Shown here: positions 50,633-60,549 of the stretch, piece after piece
Layout of the letters: the number at the start of each line of letters is the position of its first letter
How positions within the stretch are numbered: the first letter of the stretch is position 1
From: Mytilus californianus
Lineage: Eukaryota
Length of the DNA stretch: 64,000 nt
Assembly (NCBI RefSeq): GCF_021869535.1
Contig: NW_026262673.1
Location: forward strand, 2,976,001 to 3,040,000
Reading direction: 5' to 3'
Notes under the pieces: generated by a model
Seen by the model: only the letters and a program-made list of their open reading frames with translations
The model's database searches: none
Told to the model about the DNA's origin: nothing
Program-made: the position numbers and the translations under genes

Positions 50633-51975
50633 AAACAATTGAAAAATCAAAATGACGAACATGACATAAAAGATCTTATAGAATTTTATTTTATACTTTA
50701 TTGAAAAGCACTTTACGCCTATTTGGTTACAGACAAACATAAACAAACAACTGTAAGTCATGATAAAAAAGCTGAGGGGCTATAAATTTCATTTCGAAAG
50801 AATTTTGTCTAATTGCACAATTAAAAGTAAGAAGATGTGGTATGATTGTCAAAACTATCAAACAGAGTTTAACTGAAGTGATTGAAAGCATCTATAGGTC
50901 ACACTGTATGGCCTTCAGCAATGAGCTAAACTCATCTCGCATAGAAAGCTATAAAAAGAACCGACATGACATAATATAAATGGCACTAGCTATATAGGCT
51001 GACAAAAATGAAACGATTCAAACGAGAAAATTTAACGACATTATTCACTGTGTCGAACGACACATGGGGACTGTGTCTGATGTCATGCGGGACAGCAAAC
51101 TGTGTCCTTCGAACAAGATAGGTCAGTACAAAAGGTTAAACATCTTATTATCTATTTCGTTTGAGTTAATAAAAGTTTTGCTCGGAATGTACAGTTAAAA
51201 AGGGTATTTGCAAGAACAAGTTTGCATACATTGTGTGTAGAGGAAGTAGTAGAACACTTTCGCAATGCATCATGGTTTCCTTCAAAAGTGCAACTTGCAC
51301 ACTATAACAGTATTAGGCTCATGTCAGGTCATGTTGTGTTCAATAGTTTGTGCCAACTATTTAACGACAACTAGCACATTCCAAGGAAAATTGTTTCAGT
51401 GTCACCTAATTTTACACTTTTATCAAAAAATTATTAATTCTATTGCTAAAACAATTTACGAAAAACGAATATGAAAGACAGTACACAACGGCAGCCACTA
51501 AACAGACGAATCGGACCTGTACAGAAAGAATGTGGAGAGGTTTAAATGCTCGTTTGGGCTCATTAGTGCCATTGTGTAACTCTTTTATAAATTTATGTTT
51601 GGTATCTCCTATAATGTAGAATGGACTAAACCATATATGTTGAGGTTGACATAGATTGGAAGATATTATGTATCCGTACATCAACATAAACTAGATCGTT
51701 GGTTTTCATGTTTGAATTGTTTTACACTAGTCATTTTGGGGCCATTTATAGTATGCTGTCCGGTGTGAGCCAAGGCTCCGTGTTGAAGACCGTACTTTGA
51801 CCTATAATTGTTAACTTTTTTATAAATTGTGATTTGGATGGAGAATTTTCTCATTGGCACTCATACCACATCTTCTTATCTATATAGTTGCTAGAAATTG
51901 TTTTTTTTTTTAATCAAGGAAAAGGATTGATAAGCTCTTCTAATTGTTTTTTTTTACTATTTATTTTATACATTC

Positions 51976-52519
51976 TAACATTTCTTACCGATATAACATG
52001 TTACTCTTATTATTCTACCCTTAGTTTATTTATTTTGTATTTACATTGTGTCATAGGTCAAATTTATTTGTTCAGTATATGTTCAATGGTGTTAATATGT
52101 CCTTTGATTGAGTTAAGCTATTTCAGTTGATATTTTATAGTGTGACTTTCTATGTTGTTATGTTACACTATTGTTTCAGAAAAAGGGTGAAGGTTTGGTA
52201 CCATTAAAACGTTTAAACCCGCTGCATTTGTTTGCACCTGTCCTAAGTCAGGAATCTGATGTTCAGTAGTTGTCGTTTGTTGATATGGTTCATAAGTGTT
52301 TCTCGTTTCTCGTTTTTTATATAGATTAGACCGTTGGTTTTCCCGTTTGAATGGTTTTACACTAGTAATTTTTTGGGGCCCTTTATAGCTTACTGTTCGG
52401 TGTGAGCCAAGGCTCCGTGTTAAAGACCGTACTGTGACCTATAATGGTTTACTTTTATAAATTTTGACTTGGATGGAGAGTTGTCTCATTGGCACTCATA
52501 CCACATCTTCTTATATCTA
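51976..52519 (-). repeat. ~540-bp near-identical direct repeat, copy B
   Basis: See 45021-45563. Confidence 0.93.
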
Positions 52520-52969
52520 AGAATAGATTAGTGATTATTAGGCCTGTGTTAGCCTCACCTTTTCGCAATTTTCTAACGATGTTATGTTAAAAAAGGCTCA
52601 ATCAATGTGAAAGTTTCAACAGTGGCTAAAATGGTCTATCCGCAGGAATTTCAGAGGCAAAATTGAGTAAAATTAAGACTGATTTAAATTATCAATCATT
52701 TTAAAAAATAAAATGGTGTAAAATATTGAACTCTCCTGACTTTGGACAAGTGTTGTACCCTATCGTGATGCATCGAAAGCACTTCATCGTTATCAATCAT
52801 GTCCGATTGATGAGTTGATGAAACAACGGGATAAATTTCTATCTTCTTATAATCCAAGTGTTAAAGGCAAATGTCTTGGTTTTGATGACATGAATTCACA
52901 CACTGGTGTCCTCTGTTTAAAATATCACTGCATTTGGGTTGTTCAAGCTTTGGAGGGGACACCTGAACA

Positions 52970-53345
52970 GTAAAAAGTCAAATCACTGAACTCCGAGGAA
53001 AATTAAAAAAGGAAAGTCCCCAAGCAAATGGCAAAATCAAAAGTTCAAACACATCAAACGAATGGATAACAACTGTCATATTCCTGACTTGGTACAGGCA
53101 TTTTCTATGTAGAAAATGGTGGATTGAACCTGGTTTGATAGCTAGCTAAACCTCTCACTTGTATGACAGTCGCATCAATTTCCATTATATTGACAACGAT
53201 GCGTGAACAAAACAAACAGACACAATAGGTAAACATGTCAAAAATAGGGGTACAACAGTCAACATTGTGTTATCATCTCAATCACTATAAAAACAAACAA
53301 ATGTAACGAAGAAGCACAAAAGGCATACATCAAATTTAACATCAC
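52970..53345 (+). repeat. Common interspersed element (AAATCACTGAACTCCGAGGAAAATT... family)
   Basis: Recognised from memory as a frequent bivalve repeat. It forms the left border of the viral-like relic. Confidence 0.55.
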
Positions 53346-53417
53346 ACATGTCTGAGACATAGATCTTGGTTTGGTTGACACTCATGAGTGCATTGATGTC
53401 TTCTGGTCGTCTTTGCA

Positions 53418-53666
53418 CTACATTGTGGTTGTTGAGGTTTCTGTCGATGATAGGTTTTTTTCTAGATTCCAATTGTCGACATCATCATCAGCATCAACAA
53501 ATCGTTGGTAGATTTGTTCAACACCACATGTTAAACATTTGTTTACTCTATCGTTAAAACGTTCAAAATTATGTTTACGACAATATCTTAAATTAACACC
53601 ATCGCTACTACTACTATCGCTGTTATGACTAAACATTTCAAAGTAAGGTTTAAAATCTAGGTCCAT
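53418..53666 (-). CDS. Small hypothetical ORF of the viral-like element (82 aa; CRKHNFERFNDRVNKCLTCG)
   Basis: Its ATG lies 9 nt after the ATPase stop codon; it has a Cys/His cluster. The 3' end may be truncated. Confidence 0.5.
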   Translation of the reverse strand: MDLDFKPYFEMFSHNSDSSSSDGVNLRYCRKHNFERFNDRVNKCLTCGVEQIYQRFVDADDDVDNWNLEKNLSSTETSTTTM

Positions 53667-53675
53667 TCTTTAGTA

Positions 53676-54845
53676 TTAAACGACATAAAACTGTTTTAAT
53701 TTAAATCTGTATTTTCTATTTTCCTTAGGACTAGTCAGATCGATGGTAACAAATCCGTACGGTACAGGCCAACAGTGATTGCACAATGTCTTAAACTTCT
53801 CAAAGGTGAGATCTGAGCAATGATCACGATGATTGTATTGAAGATTTTTAGCGTCTTGTGGGAATAAGCAGATGGAATTACTATTTTCACGAATCGTTTG
53901 ACGTAGACGTATAAAGTAATTTTGACATAGATAGAAACAAGCCATTTTGTTTTATCGACCTCTAATGTAGTAATTTTCACACTTGTTTTTTTACTCAACA
54001 TCAAATTATCAAACACCATTAAGTTCTTACGATAGGGATCAAGTTTTCTATGGTCTGGTACAGTCTTTGGATGGTGTAAACTTCCCACTAACACCATACA
54101 CCATTTCACCATTCACCATACACCATTACACCATGCACCCTGTGCCATTACACCATACACGTTACACCTTAGCACCATACACCTCACACATTACACCATA
54201 ATGCAATTTAATTTCAAAGAAAGTGTGCTACTACAAAATTATTTATTTATTTTAAAAAACGAATTTTGATCACAGTATTGTAAGTTAATGTATAAAATTA
54301 AAAATCAGTTCTTATCAATATTTTGAATAGTTTTAAATGTCGTACACCATTCATTCACACCATTCCCGATCGCACGTTACACCATTACACCTTCTACCAT
54401 TGCACCATATGCCATACACCATTACACCATACACGTTTTTTTGAGAAGTTTACACCATCCAAGGGCTGTACATCTTTTCTTTGTTCATAGAAATAGGCAT
54501 CAATACAAGATCGTTGTTCAGGTGGAAGTAAACTTTCTACGGCATCAATTAAAGAGTAAGGACATTTTTCTTTACCGGATAAGAGATGACGTATATCCTT
54601 TTTTTAGAACCCTTTTCCCAATGCTTTTTGCAACAGTTGATAGATGGGTTGGTGAAGAGATTTTCCAAACACATACAAACAACGTAATCTAACCATTCAT
54701 CTTTAAGGAGAAAGTTGTTGAGTAATGTCGTCTTACCACAGTCTGACTTTCCTATAATCAATCCTCTAATCAATCGCTGCGGAAGGAAAACGGGATTCCT
54801 TCTGTTCGTAGACGTTTCATTGTATGAGATATCTTCAATGTCCAT
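53676..54845 (-). pseudogene. A32/FtsK-like genome-packaging ATPase; interrupted by a MITE, with frameshifts and stops
   Basis: Walker A RGLIIGKSDCGKTTLLNNFLL, then LYVFGKSLHQPIYQLL, DV|PD, Walker B region NLMVFDNL, YYIRGR*N, CFYLCQNYF..RQTIREN, PYGFVTIDLTS. This motif order is typical of Polinton-type ATPases. Confidence 0.85.
54061..54468. mobile_element. 408-bp Tc1/mariner-type MITE inserted in the ATPase
   Basis: Terminal inverted repeats CAGTCTTTGGATGGTGTAAACTTC / GAAGTTTACACCATCCAAGGGCTG (2 mismatches), TA duplication at 54059-60 and 54469-70, internal CACCAT-rich repeats. Removing it restores the reading KDVPDHRKLD. Confidence 0.88.
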
Positions 54846-54858
54846 TTATTTAAATAAA

Positions 54859-55011
54859 ATGACACTCTATTGTTTGAAATGTAAGAGGACAACGGAAACG
54901 AAAAGTCTCTCCGAAAATACGACTAGCAACGGACGACGACGGAGAGGTGGAATCTGTGTTGTATGTGGATCTAAGAAATCTCAGTTTTTCCATAGTGGCA
55001 AGGGTCATTAA
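54859..55011 (+). CDS. DUF5679-like small Zn-ribbon protein (50 aa)
   Basis: MTLYCLKCKRTTETKSLSENTTSNGRRRRGGICVVCGSKKSQFFHSGKGH: CxxC...NGR...G.CxxCG.K pattern. Confidence 0.7.
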   Translation: MTLYCLKCKRTTETKSLSENTTSNGRRRRGGICVVCGSKKSQFFHSGKGH

Positions 55012-55405
55012 CCATCTACCCGTAGAAATGCATCTTCCGTGACATCAGTTGTTACTTATACCAACATCTCTCTTTAAGGTATTGTTTTTCAATTTTCAAC
55101 TTTGTTACAGGTATTGTTACATGCTTAGACTCTTACTACGATGAAAAGCAAACATTACGACAATCTAGGAAAGACCTTACTGCGCATGCGCCGTAAGGAA
55201 AAACAGTTCCATCATCACTCACTACACACACATTACTCCACTTCGTAATGATGGATTTTTTTTCACACCACCACAATCATAAAAATTTTTAATTTAGTGT
55301 TTAGCTGGATTAAAAATTAAATGTTTTTGTTTGTCTTGACTAGGAGTAAGAGGTGTGAAAGTGAAAGTAGATAATTGATTGTTCTCTCGACTAGGAGTAA
55401 GAGAT

Positions 55406-55708
55406 TTACTTTCTAACAAGATCGTATGAGAAAAACTTTAGTTTACTCTTTTTACTTATTTCAAAATCTGTACTTCTCACGAAGGCTTCTTCCAAAGGTT
55501 ACTTCTCTCTGTTTAACCCACTGCAAGCGCACACCTTTGTCGTGTCCCCTTCAATAGTTTTCAAGGTGAGTATACAATTTTTGCCAAATTTACCATCTAC
55601 TTCAATACTCTCTTAAATTTGGTAAATGACACCGGTGGGGAGGTCTTTCCATTTTAGAGTCTCTTGATTTTGCTCCTTTACCTTATCCTCAAACACATTG
55701 TCACTCAT
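55406..55708 (-). pseudogene. Small (~100 aa) viral-element ORF with two internal stops
   Basis: MSDNVFEDKVKEQNQETLKWKDLPTGVIYQI*ESIEVDGKFGKNCILTLKTIEGDTTKVCACSGLNREK*PLEEAFVRSTDFEISKKSKLKFFSYDLVRK. Translated by hand; not in the ORF track. Confidence 0.6.
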
Positions 55709-55907
55709 AAGATCTACTTGTAAAAAAGCAATCGTATTCTTACTTATACTAACACATCTCTTTAAGGTATTTTTTCAATTTTCTACTTTCTTACCTGTTT
55801 CACTATCTCTAACTCCTATTTGAGAGAACCACCCCTTTCCTACTTTTACTTTCGTATTTCCGCTCTTTCTCCTATTTGAGCCATGTTTGACGTATGCGTG
55901 ATTTTCA

Positions 55908-56060
55908 AACGACCGGAAGTGCCGTCATTATGATTCAAATGATCTACTTTCACTTTCACTTTTATAACGACCGGAAGTGACGTCATTATTTTTTTTTTTT
56001 TTCACTTTCACTTTTTCAACGACTGGAATTGACGTTTTCTACTTTCATTTTCACTTTTTG
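55908..56060. promoter_or_regulatory. Three ~55-bp units combining ETS, CRE and IRF-type motifs
   Basis: AACGACCGGAAGTG at 55908 and 55966 (the second is CCGGAAGTGACGTCA, 55971-55985) and a degenerate unit at 56018. Each is followed by ACTTTCACTTTC-type tracts. Function is inferred only. Confidence 0.55.
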
Positions 56061-56397
56061 GTGATTTTCTACTTTATAATTGAAAGTTCCGCAGAATTCC
56101 CCTTTGTACACTACTAAATACTCTACATAAAACTGAATACTGAGCATCACCAACAGCACAAAAACTTAAGGTGAACTCTTTGTCGTTGACTTAATGAAGG
56201 TCGATATAAAAAGCAAGCCTAACTATATCTGTGCCATAGTGTCACCAAACACTGGTGGTGATGTACAGTCAAAATCTAGTACCTAGTCAGGAACTACGCC
56301 AGTACCTGTCGTCTACTTATGTCATATCTGACATGGGGGGGGGGGGAGGTTCTTTTCATGTTGTGGAAATTTACAGTTGATGATAGATCTTTGATAG

Positions 56398-57248
56398 TCT
56401 TTTAATCGGCATAATTCAAAAGCAGAAACAAAATCTGAAAACGGGTATCTTCAAATGACTTAATTCCTATTAATTGTAATGTTCGTTTATCTCGGGTCTA
56501 AACAGGGACTAACAGATATAAAGGTCTAAAGGATAAAATAGAAGCGGGATGGGTTGATGTAGAAATGTTTTCTCGAAGACCTGAACATGAACGACAATAA
56601 ATAAATAAATATTCAAAGCGTTCCCATATGTAAAGAGCTAAATGTTTTTTAAATTATGTGTGTTGAGTTGTTAAATTGCTGTCTCATTTGCAAATACCCA
56701 AAATCTTATTTATTCATAATTAAATGAAATCATGACTTTTATAAGAAATATATATATTAAAAATATATTGGCTACAGTAACTGTTATGATGCATTTTTGA
56801 CAAGTATACATCTTATGGTGTAAAAAATAAAAATATTAAAACACGAACCTGTAATTTTCTCTTCTTTTTATGTTCCGTTATTTATATACTATCAATTCAT
56901 AACAGTCTTTTAAAAAGCTTGTTTTTTTTAAACAGAGAAGCGAACATCCTTAAGCTATGTCAAGTCACTTACTGTCGTGAATATTTTCAAATGTTGCGTT
57001 CATAAAAAACATTTGTTGGTAGGATCGCGTATGTTTCTGTCTGTTATTAACAACAATTAAAAACAAATTAAGAAGTATCTTTTAATCGGTACAATTCAAA
57101 AGCAGAAACAAAATCTGAAAACGGGTATCTTCAAATGACTTAATTCCCATTAATTTTAATGTTCATTTATCCCGGGTCTAAACTGGGACTAACAGATATA
57201 AAGGTCTAAAGGATAATATAGAAGCGGGATGGGTTGATTTAGAAATGT
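56398..57248. repeat. ~170-bp direct repeat pair (56398-56567 and 57078-57248)
   Basis: Shared TCTTTTAATCGG..AATTCAAAAGCAGAAACAAAATCTGAAAACGGGTATCTTCAAATGAC...GAAGCGGGATGGGTTGAT. Confidence 0.9.
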
Positions 57249-59726
57249 GTCGAATTCCTTATCACACAAATTCCCATCACGATACAGTGAAGTCATGATG
57301 AAAAAACTGTCAACATCTAAAAGGGGAAAATAATAAGACTTAATACGAATAATACAGGTAAGGTAACATGACATTAAGGCTCATAATTTTGGTACAAGCA
57401 CACAGCGAACTTAGAGAGGTAAAATAAGATGGCGGTCGCACAACCTACCCCTAACATGGGACAGTGGTGTTAAAACACAACGTACATTTAAGAACTAACT
57501 GCAAAATCTGGCTGAAAGGGTTGACTCATCGAAGACCAAAACAAAGACAGAAAGAAACGATAATCAGAAGTCACACATGTATTTACTTAATTTCATCACT
57601 TGCCAAACTGTCGATTTTTTTAAAACGGACTTTAAGCCGATTTACTCCTTGAATTTTTTTCTGCAGAAACTATGTACCCTTATACACTACTTGAACATGA
57701 TCAAGTAGGACATAGGGACAATTAGTTCCTGTATTATAAAAATTCATCAGGATCTAAAACTTTGCGAGTTGGTTTTTCGTGATAATAATAAAAATATTGA
57801 TGACACTTTGCTCAAACACAAACAAACAAACAAACAAACAGAGAGTAAACAATTGACATGTCTGCTGAAAAATTAATCCATTAAAAAAGTTTACTGAAAT
57901 TAATACAGGCAAACACGCAAATGATTTTTAAAAATTAAGCGATTAAAAATCACAACACCCAAAAACAATTTTCAACATAATAAGCTATAAAACAAGCTTT
58001 TTAGAAAAGCTATTACTTGTATATTATTGTATCATGTGACCTTTTTTCTTCCTGGTTATGAATATCTGTGTCTATTTTTACTACTTAGAAAAATGTATTA
58101 CTAGTGATTTCAGGTAAGATTATACATGTTGATACCTATATATATCATTTTACTACTTTTGAAAGCAAATGTGTCACAAAATTTCAGTATTTTAAAAAAA
58201 TATTTGACTAAAATGTTTACCGAATGTAACAAAAACGGGTTACAACATGCTATACAAATAGTACAAAGTTGAAACAACTCATATTTCTGACAGAAATAAC
58301 AAATGCATATATATTTCAACTCAGATAATTGACAATTTCCTCTTAATCTCACAATTGATAAACAAATCCTCAATTTATATTTATGATTCTATGGGAATAT
58401 GTCAAATAATAAAAGTATACTGAATAACTCAAGTAATGCACAATTTCATAAGTTAAGAGATTGTCTTGGTTTACGACATTTTTACAAGAATGGATTCCAA
58501 CCCAAGATAAAAAGGGGGAGTTCCATCCATATGGCTCCATTCAAAAGCATTGCTCGTCAAAAAAGGGGGTTCCAACCCCCGAAAACCCCCTGGATCCGCC
58601 ACTGGTATTTACATGGACTATAGAAAACTGCAAAAATTATGCATTTGACTTTATAAATTGCTTTCTTTCGAAGTAATTTTCTTAATTTACCTTCGATAGG
58701 AACGACCTAACTCAAATGCTTGCAAGCCATTGACGAATACATAACTAAATACGTGTGGAGCTATTTGATAAAAATGACCTATAATTTTATCGTATGTCAA
58801 CTTCCCTTAATGTTGAAGTAAGAAGAAATAATAGGTCATTTTTGGTCATCTAGTTCCACATGTATTTAGATAATGTTTCCCGTAAAAAGAAGCAATAACT
58901 ATTTGCATACCTTCGAAACTTTTACAGACACCATCATGAGTTGGTTAACCGCTATTGGATATCAATATCATAGATGACCACTGATATATCTTCCATTTTT
59001 CGTAGTCACAATCCCGTCCCCTTTGACTCCAGTGTGACATCATCGAAAGGGATTTATCCTGAGTAATACAACAGTGTTACATATGGATCAGGATATGATT
59101 ATCCTTCTGGAGCACATGCGTTTAACCCCGATATTGATTTGGTTGCTCATTCTTTAGTTTTGTCTGTTGTGTTTTGTTAACTGTTGTTTGTCTTTTTGTC
59201 GTTATATTTATTGCCATGGTTTTTAAACGGAATACTTACATCCCACCGGGAATACAAACTCCTGAAAACACCCACAAATAATTAAATAAAACATATTATA
59301 CAAAACAAACCGTCCTTCCATCCTAAAACAAAACCTAAATAGATTAACACGAACGCATACACACAAACTAAGCCCCAAAATTTCTAAAAACAAGTAAAAC
59401 AACCTAAATGCACATGGTCACTTTCATTAGGCTGTTTCTGACGGTTTTATACTAAATCTTTTGGATGAATACTGATTGATATTTACGTCAACGAGAACAT
59501 GAGTTATTTATTATATGTTTTTGGCTTTGAACTAATTATCTCTGACTGTGAATACTCTTACATCTTTTGTGTCTTTTGTTTTTATGCTAGTTGTTATTAT
59601 GTACTTCCGCTAACAATCTGCTAAGTTAAGCTGTTTTTCTCAAACAGATTTTGTAGCATGTTTCACAATCATATTAAAGGTCATAAAAGATAAACAGAAA
59701 CTTTAAATATCAAAAATGATTGCGTC

Positions 59727-59793
59727 CATCACTGAAGCCTCATCTGTTGTTGTCTAAATGCATATTTAGACAACAAATGAGTCCTCAGTGATG
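59727..59793. repeat. Inverted duplication of a decayed hammerhead motif
   Basis: CATCACTGAAGCCTCATCTGTTGTTGTCTAAAT-GCAT-ATTTAGACAACAAATGAGTCCTCAGTGATG. Confidence 0.75.
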
Positions 59794-60549
59794 CGAGAGG
59801 CCAAACTCATCCAAAACCAATTGAAAGAATTAAGTCCTTATAAAAACAAATAGGACAAAACAATTCAGACAAGGAATCGGAGCTTTGCATGAGGGAGAAA
59901 TATTCATTGATTTAAAATAATGACCTACATTTAGTATAAAACCACAAATACAAGATAAACAAAAGGGCTTTTAGTCATGAAACATATCCTAGTTTACTAT
60001 GAGCGTCCATTGTCGAAGATGCAAATATATCCAGTTCATCGACGCAAGTTCTTTAGAGCTTCAAGTTACAGTTTGTTCGTATGTTATGATGTTATAAAAG
60101 AAAAACAAAGGATATGGGGTATCCATCCATGACACAAAATCAGTAAATGCACAACACTATCCCAGTTCTAGAGGGGGATATAGAGCGCTCATAAACATGC
60201 TTCTTAATGTGTCTGTCTCAACTCAAGGGCCTGTAATTCAATTGTTGTCGTTGGTACTTTCTGTTTAAGTTGGTTATCTCATTTAACATTTTTTTATGTC
60301 AAGACAGTATTATTGACTATACATTATGGGTTCTGCTCATTGATGAAGGTCGTACGGTCGATGACTATAGTTGTTTACATCCACGTCATATGGACTCTGG
60401 TGGATAATTATTTCATAATCAATCGTACAACATTTTTTTGCATTAAACAGAAAACAAATAAGTGGAGTATTATAATTTACACTAATTTTGAAAACAAATT
60501 GTGATACAAATCTTTTCAATTCAAATATATATTTTTTTCAGATATCACC

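Larger units (their letters stand above)
53350..56100. mobile_element. Decayed Polinton/Maverick/adintovirus-like endogenous viral element fragment
   Basis: Four tightly packed intronless ORFs: an A32/FtsK-like packaging ATPase, a DUF5679-like Zn ribbon and two small ORFs, plus a motif-rich repeat block. No polB, integrase or capsid gene is visible. Boundaries approximate. Confidence 0.72.

Noticed and set aside
56095-56135. ACTACT as a possible Polinton terminal repeat (AGTAGT on the minus strand)
   Set aside because: Too short, and no matching inverted terminus was found at the other end of the relic.
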